A stretch of 63,606 bases of DNA, filler included, from Octopus bimaculoides (taxonomy: Eukaryota): NCBI RefSeq assembly GCF_001194135.2. It is 6 parts of 6 records of this genome, joined end to end, with 100 filler letters (N's around TTAATTAATTAA, not from the genome) between each part and the next. Parts side by side here need not be neighbours in the genome. Positions count along the whole stretch, not along the records: positions 1 to 10,113 come from NC_069008.1; positions 10,214 to 24,793 come from NC_068992.1; 4 more parts are not named here. The stretch is one strand, 5' to 3'. Below, piece by piece: positions 1 through 11,769 of this stretch (the stretch's first letter is position 1; every line of letters starts with the position of its first letter). The translations under genes were made by a program, and so were the position numbers. Below the pieces are notes generated by a model. It ran no database searches, was not told the DNA's origin, and worked only from the letters and a program-made list of their open reading frames with translations.

Positions 1-113
1 ATATATATATATATATATATATAGATAGATAGATACACACACACATAGATAGTTATATATATGTATACATATGTATATATATGTATTTATATATATATTT
101 ATACACACACGTA

Positions 114-153
<40 letters not shown>

Positions 154-163
154 NNNNNNNNNN

Positions 164-208
<45 letters not shown>

Positions 209-470
209 AACATACAGATATTTGTTTGTATGTTTGTGTATGTATGTATAGATATAAACAATGAACTTCTTTCATGTTCTGTTAACCAAATCCACTCGAA
301 GGTTTTCGTCACTTCCAAGGCTAAAGATGCCATACACTGGCATCGAACCTGAAATCATATGGTTTGGGAAGCTAACTTCTTGACCACGTAGCCATACGTA
401 CATGTATAAGCACGAAACTCAAAAGCAAATAATAAAGTTAATTTTTAAGAAATTGTGTTGTTAGACTCAC

Positions 471-791
471 CCTTGCATCACAAGGTATACGACGGAAGGC
501 ATCGATGGCTGACACTCTAACCTCCATTGGAAAGCTGGTTGTTGTCACACATTGGGATAAAGTGCGTTCAGCCTTACTTGAATAACCAATATTGCCAAGA
601 GACCGAAGAGCCTGGATTACATGCGGATTAGCAGCTTTGTCACAATTGCCAACAAATGACATGTATTTCTGGATAAGAGCATCAATTTCGAAATCTTCAT
701 CGCATTTTGGATTCTTGTTACAATAGCTAGCAGCCATAGATGAAACGGACAGCATGACGTTGTGAGAGATATTCTTGTTATCCAAGAGGGG
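471..791 (-). CDS. Large lipid transfer protein exon (gene continues off the left edge of the window)
   Basis: tcgcag|CCC CTC...GCA AGG|gtgagt, 321 nt, phase 0-0. Encodes LSVSSMAASYC...LRSLGNIG...EVRVSAIDAFRRIPC, the LxxLGNxG / R..A+.AFRR+PC lipovitellin superhelix motifs. Confidence 0.92.
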
Positions 792-814
792 CTGCGAAAT
801 ACGAATCGTAGATA

Positions 815-1225
815 ATACATGAATGCTGTGAAATGTGAAGTATAGAAAATCTATTAATATTGTGAAATGTGAAATGCACAAAGTTAGGTGAATACTCTTA
901 AATGTGAAATGTAGAAAGTACATGCATACTTTGAGATGTGAAAAGTAAATAATACTTTCATGTTGTGAAATATGAAATGTAAAAGCTAGGTGAATACTGT
1001 ATCACGTAAAAGATACGTGGATACTGTGAGTAGGTAAATACTGTTATTCGTGAAATAAAAAATACATCAGTAATGTGAAATATAAACTGCAGAAAATATA
1101 CCAATACTGTGGAATATGAAAAATACATGAATACTATAAAATAGGAAGAGTAGAAAATATATAAATACTCTTTATATATGAAATATAAAAGAATATATGA
1201 ACACTGCAAAATATGAAAAGTAAAA
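815..1225. repeat. Degenerate AT-rich tandem repeat, (TGTGAAATG/TGAAATAT)-like units
   Basis: Recurrent aatgtgaaatgt and aatactgt units. Confidence 0.7.
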
Positions 1226-1318
1226 AGTCCCCTCCATCCTAAACCCTCATATGTTTCCAGATAAGGTAATATTTCCTTTAATGCTTCAAACAACGTATAG
1301 GTTAATGGTTGGACACAT

Positions 1319-1690
1319 TGTTTGCTTTTGATTTTGTCGACTACACAGTATATTAGGGTCAGTTGGGCACCGTCTGTGAGAAAAACAGCACCATTCGCAA
1401 TTCACTCTGCTAGAAATTTCGAAACGACATGCTTGTTGTGGAGATCGCTAGCCAATAGAATTCAAAGTTTTAGAACTCACGAGAGCGTTCACAAGGCGCC
1501 TCGATTTTTGGTTTACGTTAGTAACACAGTCTGGAGTTTTGCAGCTGGACTAAACAGACTTCACACCTATCTGGAGTACCACTGTGTTTTCTTCTTTGCG
1601 AGTAAACGAAAGAAGCATATTGAACCACTGGCAACACACCTATATGGATTATTACTCTATTATTTGTAATTAAACAAGAGAAATATAACA
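1319..1690 (+). mobile_element. Probable LTR of a Gypsy-type element, followed by a PBS
   Basis: Ends ...attaaacaagagaaatataaCA at 1690, then aaTTGGCGTCGCCAATAGGAT (TGGCG-type primer binding site). The 5' boundary is uncertain. Confidence 0.45.
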
Positions 1691-1896
1691 AATTGGCGTC
1701 GCCAATAGGATTCTGTCGTTATTTTTGTGAAGTAGACTTCTTACGATAGGATAAGAAAGACTATTCTTGCAGAGTGGACTTTTTACCTCGACACTCAGAT
1801 ATAATTATTTGAAAAGTAAACAACCAAATTTGAACATAAGCTTCATTTTAGATATAACAAATTGCAAGCCAAAGATAATGGAATAGAGCTTCCTTG

Positions 1897-2781
1897 TGGA
1901 TTCTCGCAGCGAATCGACTAGCTCGATGGGCTTTGTGGCTGAACCATTTTGACTACACAACTGAGTACCGGAAAACAGTGGATTATGGCAATGCAGATGC
2001 TCTTAGTCGCTTACCATTTGGAAATGACAACGACTTCCACCAGGTGAAAAGGGGTGAAGATATGGATATGGTGTGCGCCATTAGAGTTCTCAGTCTTCAA
2101 GTCAAACCTTTAGATGGAAACATCCTTCGTCAAGAGTCTGGGAAAGATCCAGTGATAACTACAGTGATGCGCTATGTCCGCGAAGATTGGCCACCGAAGC
2201 ACACTGAGACCAATGATGAAGTCGAAAAGTTCCGGAAGTTGTTGGATTAACTCAGTATCTACCACGGATGCCTCATCCATACATCAAGAGTTGTGATTCC
2301 ACAGAGCCTACAGTCCAATATCCTAGATCTACTGCATATCGGACACTTCAGCATGGAACGCATGAAGCAATTAGCAAGAACCGCTGTCTACTGGCCCGGT
2401 ATTGATGCAGCTATTGAAATGGCTAGTCGACGATGTTGACTCGTGTGGCGAACATCAAAACAAGCCATCCAAGCCTGCAGTTCACCTATGGATGCTAATA
2501 GAGAAGCCAGAGAGCCGCTCACATATGGCTGATGCCATCAACTTCATGGATACAAACTGGTTGGTGATCACAGACGCTTTCTCACGATATCCACGTATTC
2601 ATCCAATGCCATCCACATCCACTAGAGCCACTCTAGATCTGCTGGAAAAGGACTTTGCTAACTTCGGATATCCTCACACGCTGGTCATAGATAATGCATC
2701 AACTTTCCTTTCTGAATAATTTCAGAGCTTGTGCAAAGAACGTGGGATCACACACCTGGCAAGTGCACCATACCATCCGGC
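1897..2781 (+). pseudogene. Decayed Ty3/Gypsy pol fragment (RNase H tail, integrase zinc finger and core)
   Basis: NRLARWALWLNHFDY...NADALSRLP; H.GHF.MERMKQLARTAVYWPGID; WLVITDAFSRYP...FANFGYPHTLVIDNASTF; ERGITHLASAPYHPA. Contains stops and frameshifts. Confidence 0.9.
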
Positions 2782-3989
2782 TATTTTTGATGCAGCACGT
2801 TGAAGCAGCGAGTAAACAAAAGACTTCGTGATGACTGCTTCTACCCATCGGGTCCATAGTACAATGCACATACAAGTAGAAAGGAAGAATACATGGTCTG
2901 GCTAAGTCAAAATGGTTTTTTGTATTCTTCCTTTCTACTTGGAGAGTTTAAATGTAGTTATAAAAATATGTCCTTCTGTTGAAATGTAATTTCAGTAAAT
3001 TTCTATATCTTTGTGCAGCTGAGGATTGCTCTGCATTTTACATTTGATGTAATATTCACATTGTTTAAATAAATGGAGTCGCATGAAACGATTGTACTGC
3101 ATTAGCTTTAGATATCCTTGTTGCTTATTTTGATTTTAATCACCTTATTTTGAAATTGTATGGATAATACCATACTTAATTCTGGTGCCTAAACTTAAGT
3201 ACCACATTCACCTTGAATCTATATATATATATAGGTTTGATAAGTGCCAATACATAAAACCGTCGGATCTTGGGTCACTCAGCTGCTACATAGACACATC
3301 CACACACACACACGTATAAATAAATGTATATATACACACACATATATATCTTGGGCAAGTGTCTTCTACTATAACCTTAGGCCAACCAAAGCCTTATGAA
3401 CATATTTGGTTGACGGAAATTGAAAGAAGCCCGTTATGGTAAAGAACATGCCTTAGATAGATATAATTACAGGTCATGAAAATTAGGGAGAGCATGGTAG
3501 TCCAATTAATTAGAAACAGAATCAAACGAAATGAAATGCAGTTTGGCTGTGTGCCGGGGAGAATCACTTCTGATGCTACCTTCCTAGTCACCTATATTCA
3601 TCCAAACTGATATTCACCCCTGACCACACTTCTGCCTGTGTTCACCATTCATTGCATTCATCTCTGTCCCCTTCTCTATCCATCTGCCACTCTCCTTTCA
3701 CACTCTTCTGATCTTACCTACTCATTCACCCTGTCCAGTCCTCTTGACTATTTTTCTTATGTTCACCTTCCCCTAACTTGATGGTATACCCTGACACTTC
3801 TACACCATCTCCACTTCTATCTCTTTCCCGACTGGGGTAACCATGTATATCTCCTGCTGCAAGACCTATTCCTGTATTATACTTTCAGCCTCTCATCTCG
3901 TGGCATAAAGCCAACTCCCTGAATGCTACTATCCTTCTTACTGGAGTGGGGTCTTTTCTTGAATGTTACTTGGAAATCTCACTAATGTT

Positions 3990-4165
3990 GGTGACACAAA
4001 AAAATCACCCAGAACATTCTGTGAATTGGGTAGAGTTAGGAAATGACATCGAGCTGTAGTAATCATACCACAGTAGACACTTGGAGCTTGACAGGGTCCT
4101 GTAAATTCGTCCAACCCATGCCAGCATGGAAAACAGATGTTAAATGACGATGACGATGATGACAG
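3990..4165 (+). mobile_element. 3' end of an RTE-type non-LTR element with (GAT)n tail
   Basis: cgtccaacccatgccagcatggaaaacagatgttaaatgacgatgacgatgat; the reverse complement of the same motif occurs at 33622-33760. Confidence 0.6.
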
Positions 4166-4180
4166 TGATGAAATACTTAC

Positions 4181-4346
4181 GGTGACTGCTTGGATCATTT
4201 CCTTCGATGGGTTCTGGGTGACCGAGAGGACTGCTAGAAATATAACCATGTCTTCATCTTCGAACTGATTTATTGAAGTCAGATATTGGAACATCTTCAC
4301 GGATGCCACGTTTCCTAACATTGGTAGAGAGTCACGGAAATATCTC
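4181..4346 (-). CDS. Large lipid transfer protein exon
   Basis: ttgcag|G AGA TAT...GTC ACC|gtaagt, 166 nt, phase 2-0. Encodes KRYFRDSLPMLGNVASVKMFQYL...NPSKEMIQAVT, similar to the LLTP D.LP..GT..S and P..EM motifs. Confidence 0.9.
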
Positions 4347-5737
4347 CTGCAACAGAGGTAATAATTGTACCGAATGGATGTCTATGTAGTGGTTCAGGTT
4401 TGCTAGAAATAACAGCCAAATTTTGCTGAAATCACATCATCTTAAAAAATGAAGGGTAATTGAATAATGTAGTCTTTGATACACCATGTTTGAATAAAAA
4501 ACGGAACAGCCATGGTTAGAACAGCTTTGATCAAAGGTATGCTGGATGGGGACTTAGCTGAGGCCAAACAGCAACAACAATAACGAATAACACATTTGAT
4601 AATGTAGTCCTAGCTATACCATGTCCGAATAAAAGATTAGATGGTCACAACTAGAGTACATAGGAGTATAGGTCTCCTGGATCAGGTCTGGCCTGAGGCC
4701 AATCAGCATCAATCGCATTGATCTTATAGATGTTGCATAGATCATTTCAAGTGACCATTCCTCCAGCACGAACCAATAAAAAGACAAAAGCAAAACAGAA
4801 AGGGGGACAATGACTTGCCTGATCAAGGAATTGAACCTGTAACCTTACGATCTTGATCCCATCACCCTAACTTCAGACTTATAGTAGTCACAATATATTA
4901 GGGATACCAAAAAATAATGTTACATTTCATGTAATGAGTTCAAATCAGCATAAAACATGTCGTAAATATTTTTATTCATTCATAATATAATCGTCGTTTT
5001 TAGCAAAAAACATTTCCGCAACTGGAAGCTAGTTTTCTGATCCTTCGGACATAAGAAAAATCAGATTTTGCAGAAGAGAAAAATGTTTGGAGTGCCATTT
5101 CGACATCGCCTCTACTTCTGAATGTCTTTTCCTTGGTAAGAGTGTTTATGTGGTTTCAATAAGTGAAAATCTGATGGTGCTTGTTGTGGTGAGTAGGGAG
5201 GGTGAGGTTCGTGAGCACACAAGGCAAAATGCTTCGCGGCATTCTGTCCCTTTTTACGTACTGAGTTCAGACTTCGCCGAGGTTGACTTTGCCTGTGATC
5301 CTTTATAGATCGATAAAATGAGTTTCAGTTATCCTGTAGGGTTCGTGTAATTGATTTACCCACTCCCACGAAATTGCTGACCTTGTGCCAACATTTGAAG
5401 CCAATCTTTGCTGAATGTGGCGTTTGTTCTCAGGGAACAGCTCATAAAGTACCCATTTCCCAACCGAATTAATTTTTGTTCTTTTTTGGTGGGGGTGGGA
5501 TAATCTTTGCTGAATGTGACCTTTCTTCTCTGGTTACAGCTTCTGGGGTACCCGCTTCCCATCTCTATACACTTTCCCAATCTGCTTGAGATAATATTTC
5601 ACAGTGGGCCAAGGCTTACTTAGCTTCTGGGATAACTCCCCAATACTTTGACTTGTATCCTATACTCTCAGATTAATTGCTTGAAAATACGACATTACTT
5701 TTTGGTACCCCTGAACATAAATAAAGAAAATACTAAC

Positions 5738-5993
5738 TTGGTGCGGTCTGAGTTTTTCCGACAGAAACCTTGTCTTGAAATGTCACTGTAAATTCTGCGA
5801 AGAGTCGCATAATCAGCACTTTTCATGAGGTCGATCAAGTTGTTGAGCAATTTCGGCAGTTCGGGCCTTATGTCTTCACTCATTTTGTCGCAGAGATCCT
5901 CAAAGACACTCAGAATCTCTTGTGTGGAAAATTGGTCTGAATGCATCTTCTCTTTGTGGTCGAACAGTAAATCACTTCTGTGGCTGAACCGTT
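5738..5993 (-). CDS. Large lipid transfer protein exon (start of alpha-helical region)
   Basis: tttcag|AA CGG...ACC AA|gttagt, 256 nt, phase 1-2. Encodes ERFSHRSDLLFDHKEK...LPKLLNNLIDLMKSADYATLRRIY...FC. Phase matches both neighbouring exons. Confidence 0.9.
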
Positions 5994-6237
5994 CTGAAAT
6001 GAAAACCAATTTAATAATAACATTTATGATAACGGAGCAGTGTTAATGAATATTTTTTAAAATGCTTGGTAACGCAGAAGAAGGAGAGTTGTACTGTCAA
6101 TGGTAGTTGTCCCAAACCTTTTTTGCACCGTGTTTTCATGCAAGTCAGTTTTCTAACAGACCAAAGGACCACACACATAACAAAACAAAATAAAGTGCAT
6201 CATATATAATGTAATTATTACATATATATATTAAATG

Positions 6238-6563
6238 TGAAGGCGCATGGCTCAGTGGTTAGAGCGTCAGGTTCACAATCATGAAGAAGTGACTTCGATT
6301 CCCGGACCTGGCTGTGTGTTGCGTTCTTGAGCAAGACACTTTATTTCACGTTGCTCCAGTTCACTCAGCTGTAGAAATGAGTTGGAAAACACTGGTGCCA
6401 AGCTTTGCCTTTCCCTTGAATAACATCAGTGGGGTGGAGAGGGGAGGTTGGTATGTATGGGTGACTGCTGGTCTTTAATTCACAATTTGTGCCTCGGAGG
6501 GTTACTTTCTAGGCGTAATGATCATTCCCATGGTCATTCATGACCGACGGGGGATCTTTACCC
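6238..6563 (+). mobile_element. tRNA-derived SINE, family D
   Basis: A/B-box head ggcgcatggctcagtggttagagcg...ttcgattcc, CORE-like gttcttgagcaagacactttatttcac; near copies at 6885 and 17358. Confidence 0.85.
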
Positions 6564-6634
6564 TATATATTAAATATATAATACGTATATATTATATATA
6601 TATTATACATATATATTATATATTACAAAGAAAA

Positions 6635-6842
6635 TGGTTTCAAATTTTGGTACAGCGCCAGCAGTTTTTGAGGGAAGAAGGAAGTCGATTACATCGACCC
6701 CAGTACTTGACTGGTACTTGTTTTAACAACCTCGAAAAGACGAAACGTAAAATCAACCTTAGCAGAAATTGAACTCGGAACATAAAGAAATGCTGCTGAA
6801 CATTTTATTTGGTGAGCTAACGATTCTGTCGGCTCCTCACTT
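6635..6842 (-). mobile_element. SINE, family B
   Basis: Reverse complement of the family B consensus (gattacatcgaccccagt...gaactc...ctaacgattctg). Confidence 0.7.
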
Positions 6843-6884
6843 TATGATATGTATATAACACATATAACATATAAGTGCCAGTGG

Positions 6885-7220
6885 TGAAGGTGCATGGCTT
6901 GGTGGTTAGTGCATCGGGCTCACAGTCAGCTTCACAATGGTAATGAGTTCGATTCCCAAACCAGACTCTCTACTGTGTTCTTGAGCAAGACACTTTATTT
7001 CACTTTGCTCCAGTTCATTCAGCTGTAGAAATGAGTTGCGACGTCACTGGTGCCAAGCCTTGCCTTTCCCTTTGATAACATCAGTGGCACGGAGAGGGGT
7101 GAGCGATGGTATTCATGGGCGCCTACTGGTCTTCTATGAACAACTTTGCCCGTACTTGGACCTGGGAGGGGAAATTTCTAAATGCAGATCCATGGTTATT
7201 CATGACTGAAGGGGATCCTT
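6885..7220 (+). mobile_element. tRNA-derived SINE, family D
   Basis: Colinear with the 6238-6563 copy. Confidence 0.85.
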
Positions 7221-7544
7221 AATTTTTTTTTTATAATACATATATGTGATGTATATAATGCAAAAACACCCTTCAAACTGCAATAGTCGATAAAATAGAA
7301 ATAACATTTCAAAATTTATTCTTTGTGTGTGGCCCAGTACCAAATGATTCATAGCCCAGTGGTTGGTGGCTCCTGGTTTACGGAACAGAAGTTGGAAGAA
7401 TGAAAGAAAAGTCAAATTTAGTGCAATTCAGACTATTATAATGGTCCCTATTATTGATAAAGGGCTATACAAATTTTCAAGGAGAAACGCAGTTGAGGTT
7501 AATTTTAAAGGAGAAATGCAGTTGTGGTTGAATGATTATGCAAA

Positions 7545-7815
7545 GTTGGTGTGAAATGTATGATATGAATTGTGAACAAGCAAACTATGAAATGTAGAAT
7601 ATAAAATTATGGAATATGAAATTAGAAATATTGAATGTGAGGTGTGAGATACGAAATGAGAAATGTGACATGTGAAATGTGAAATATAAAATATAAAATG
7701 TGAAATGTAGAATGTAAGATATGGAAGTAAAAATTAAAAAAACGTGAAATATAAAATGTGGAATGGGGGATTTGAATTATGAAAAGCAGAACTGGAAACA
7801 TAAGATGTGAAATTT
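7545..7815. repeat. Degenerate (TGTGAAAT)-like tandem repeat
   Basis: Same unit type as 815-1225. Confidence 0.7.
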
Positions 7816-8208
7816 AACCCTTTAGCGTTTAAACAAGCCCTGTCATCCAAAACATTCGAACATTTTTAATCTTCAAACTGGTCAGATCTGGCCTTTCACA
7901 CCTACCATACTATGTCACTTAAAAAGGAACGATCCCATCATCAAGATCTCAAAGCCTTGAAATAATGCACTATTAATTAAAAATTATGTGAATGAATAAA
8001 TTAATTAATAAATAAATAACTAAATAAATAATGCTAAAGGGTTAAAGTGTNNNNNNNNNNNNNNNNNNNNNNNNNNNNNNNNNNNNNNNNNNNNNNNNNN
8101 NNNNNNNNNNNNNNNNNNNNNNNNNNNNNNNNNNNNNNNNNNNNNNNNNNNNNNNNNNNNNNNNNNNNNNNNNNNNNNNNNNNNNNNNNNNNNNNNNNGA
8201 AGCCTCAC

Positions 8209-8410
8209 CTGTCTGTCGATGATTTGACGAACTCTTCTGTCTGAAAGTCAACTTCTGCATCTGCTCTGTCATGGCACCACTCTTGCCATTCGAGAACGGC
8301 CTGAATATGTTTTCTTCACTACATTCGCTGTTGGTCAGAATATTGCTGGACGTGTCCAGTGTCTGGACGCAATTGTGGTAGCCCTTCATTAGAGGCAGGG
8401 ATTGTACCTT
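8209..8410 (-). CDS. Large lipid transfer protein exon
   Basis: ttacag|AAG GTA...ACA G|gtgagg, 202 nt, phase 0-1. Encodes KVQSLPLMKGYHNCVQTLD...SECSEENIFRPFSNGKSGAMTEQMQKLTF; the C.E..+F.PFS...GA.T...Q.L motif is typical of LLTPs. Confidence 0.9.
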
Positions 8411-8479
8411 CTGTAATTAAAAGTGAATTGAGTTAATTAATGAATTAAGTTTCTGTGTAACGCACGTCATTAACATATT

Positions 8480-9150
8480 GTAAATGTATTACGTATATCA
8501 ACTGACCAACTTATCAACATACTCTTAACATACCGTCAGTATAACATTGACCTTTCCTTAACATATCATGTGACTGCGACAAATTCCCGATGAGAATATT
8601 TTGGGGATACGAAATACGGCATCAGCATATCATTAACATTTCATTAGCATATCATTAACATCATTAGCATCTCATTAACATGATATTAACATAACATTAG
8701 CATGTCATTGACATAACATCAGCATATTATTCAGCATTTCCTTAACATGTCAATCATATAATATTAACAACTGATTAGCGTTCATTAACATTAACATATT
8801 GTCAGATTATCTGCATCTGATTTTCATATCTTATGACTATGGTGAATTATTGCTAGGAAAATTTCAGGGCTACAACACGTCATTATCATATCATCAACAT
8901 CTCATTAGCATGTTGTTAACATATGATGGGCATTGTCATTCAGAAATCATGGGACCATAACAAATTACAGATGGGAACATTTTCAGGATATAAAACATGT
9001 CATGGGCATAATACATCATTAGCTTCTCATTAGCTAATCATGCGACCGTGACAAATTACTGATGGGAACATTTCATCAATAATACTTTATTAATCTACAT
9101 TGTAATATCATTAGCACATTTATATTAGCATACCATTAACATATCATTAA
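8480..9150. repeat. Composite tandem repeat of (CATTAACATAT)-like units with interspersed ~50-bp modules
   Basis: Many cattaaca/cattagca units; the module gaccgtgacaaattactgatgggaacatttt recurs about 4 times. Confidence 0.7.
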
Positions 9151-9191
9151 CATATGTATGCATATGTGTATGTGTGTGTGTGCATATATAA

Positions 9192-9262
<71 letters not shown>

Positions 9263-9592
9263 AGTAAAAATAAATACAAAAAAGGGTGTTTTTTTGTATG
9301 ATTGTGTATAGAGGAATATATTATTTTGTTTAAAAGAGTTCCAACACTGTCTGTTTTTTATGTTTTATTTATATTCCTGCAGAACCAATGTGGGGTATAG
9401 AATAGGGAATATACAATATATAATATAATATACAATATATAATATAAAATAAAATAAAAAATATATATATATATATATACACACGCACACACATATATAT
9501 ATGAATATACATATGAATAGATACTCATGCATTCGCAGACACATGCACACACATGCACACGCACATATCAACAACAGTTAATAAATACTCAC

Positions 9593-9745
9593 AGAGTGGA
9601 CATTGTATTTGACTGAATGCATGGCAATGCGGTAGTACTCTCGGTGAGTGCAAGTGAGGAGGTCTTTGCTCTTATGGATGGTCCTAGTACGCCTGTAGGT
9701 GTCCTCCACCTTGTACTCGGTCGAACACTTGCCCACAACATCGGT
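9593..9745 (-). CDS. Large lipid transfer protein (apolipophorin/vitellogenin-N domain), most 5' exon found
   Basis: cttcag|ACC GAT...CAC TCT|gtgagt, 153 nt, phase 0-0. Encodes TDVVGKCSTEYKVEDTYRRTRTIHKSKDLLTCTHREYY; the (E)TDVxGxC..Y...K.KDLxxC pattern is typical of the Vitellogenin_N beta-barrel. Confidence 0.9.
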
Positions 9746-10067
9746 CTGAAGTTGGAGGAGAAAAAAATAACATTGTAAGTAATGTTAATGATGATGATGA
9801 TGATGATGATGAAGATGATGGTGATGATGATGATGACGACGACGACGACGATGATGATCCTTTCTACTCCAGAAAGAAGACATGAAATATTATTTGTTGC
9901 AAATTAGTTGATTTGGTTGACACCGCCCCTGCGGCAGTCCCTGAACGTAAAGAACTTTATCAAACGCTGCTGAGTAGTTTTTCTGAGGTGCTAACGATTG
10001 TAGCAACGCAATGCCAATAATAAGGATAATGATGATACCAATAATAATAATAATAATAATAGTAATA

Positions 10068-10098
<31 letters not shown>

Positions 10099-10859
10099 TA
10101 GTAATAATAGTAANNNNNNNNNNNNNNNNNNNNNNNNNNNNNNNNNNNNNNNNNNNNTTAATTAATTAANNNNNNNNNNNNNNNNNNNNNNNNNNNNNNN
10201 NNNNNNNNNNNNNTATATATATATATATATATTCGAATTTATAAGTCGAATTTAAAACCGTACGAGTTATGAATTTATAGTCGAATTTATAACTGTATGA
10301 GTATGATTGCCTAGTTTGAGTTTATATCTTAACTCTTATCTTTTGTCTCGGATCCAACCCAAGCACTTCTTAAACAGTTCTAAACCAAGGAAGGAAAGGA
10401 AAAAATATGATTGTTTATGGAAAATGTTATACTTTGTTCAGTCAAGTGATAGCACGATCTTTTAATGCTTCAGCAAGTAATTACTGAAGTGACAACAATT
10501 GTTGGAAAGCTCTGACTTGAGATTTTAAAAAAGTTTACGAAATTATTGATGTTCTTATGAATTTGTAATGGCTTGCATCTTTTGAAGATCTTCCACTTTA
10601 AATCATATTCAATGCCGTGAAAATTTTGTTACGGTTCTTTTTATAGTAGGTATCCTAACAAAAAAAAATCTCCACCTATGATATTGGTTTACACCGAAAT
10701 AAAGGATTTGGCCTATCTCACAATTCTGATGACTATACACTAGACACTTATAAGAAAAACCTCACATCTGTCTTAAGCAGTATAGGTCTAAGAATCGCTG
10801 TAGCTCCACCCCTCATTAAATTTGATTTTTGCATACATAGATACCTCCTCCGATCCATA

Positions 10860-11320
10860 TTTAAACGCTTACAAGACCTACCACAAACCAAATGAAAAAC
10901 TTAGATTTATAGACAAACGGTCTTGCCACCCTTGTTGTCTTGAAAGCCTTTATAACAAGCATTAGTAATAGGATCTCTGAGGTCCTTAACTCTGAAGAAA
11001 TTTCCGACAAGGTAGATCCCTGCTATAACAGCACACTGGCTGACAGTGGCTTTAAAGAGAAGATATCATTCAAGATATCATTCAAGCACGCAGATAAAAA
11101 TAAAGTGAAAATCTTACAAACTATATTTGGAAATTGAAGGATAGCAGTATATCATATTCTATCAGTGTAACATCATAGCGAGACCTTAGCCATATATCAA
11201 TGGGTCAAAAAATACAGGCTCTCTATAGCTAAAAGAACACACTTTTTTTATTAGATCGAAAAACTTTACTAACCTTCTAAACTTGAGATAGGAGACTTTT
11301 ACAAGATGCATGTAACTTAA
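10860..11320 (+). mobile_element. Decayed Penelope-like retroelement (RT C-terminus and linker)
   Basis: YKTYHKPNEKLRFIDKRSCHP / ISNRISEVLNSEEISDKVDPCYNSTLADSGFKEKI resembles the PLE motif Y.PY.KPN....Y+...SNHP....ISRRIS..SS.E..F......YN.AL..SGY. Frameshifted. Confidence 0.75.
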
Positions 11321-11697
11321 CAAGTTTTTTTTTATCAAACTGGAAGACGCAAAACTTAACGCCCTTTAGCCTGTACCCCATTCAACTACCCCAGCCCACT
11401 CGGCTTACTCACTTTAGATGTGAATGCTTAATATTAACAGTATTCTTCGTTTAAGAGGCTTTCCGTTATAATATTTCTTAACGTTTTCTTCCCATTTTCC
11501 TTGTAATATTTTCTCGTTCTCTTCTCGCATTCCTTTCAGAAGCAACCATATCGTTTGAACAGGAAAAATTGTCGTACACGGTAAACTAAGCAAGCCCATT
11601 CCTCTACTAGGCTACGAAGAACATGAAACTTGAAGTCACTCACATATATCCTCTGCATACATTAAGTACACACACCCATACACACATATACACACAT

Positions 11698-11769
<72 letters not shown>

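Noticed and set aside
3938-4180. ORF extension VSISSLSSSSSSFNICFPCWHG after the LLTP exon
   Set aside because: Intron sequence (RTE tail) beyond the canonical gtaagt donor.
6238-6310. tRNA-like sequences at SINE heads (also 22314, 47345)
   Set aside because: The A/B boxes continue into SINE bodies and no complete cloverleaf forms, so these are not tRNA genes.
10158-10169. TTAATTAATTAA islands inside N-runs (also 24838, 45117, 52079, 61376)
   Set aside because: The same 12-mer is centred in 100-bp gaps and gives stops in all six frames; it is an assembly spacer, not biology.
11540-11580. Plus-strand 41-nt micro-exon candidate (EATISFEQEKLSYT)
   Set aside because: The acceptor is good but the donor (gtaaac) is weak. 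It sits next to a PLE remnant and would be antisense to the LLTP locus, with no partner exons found.
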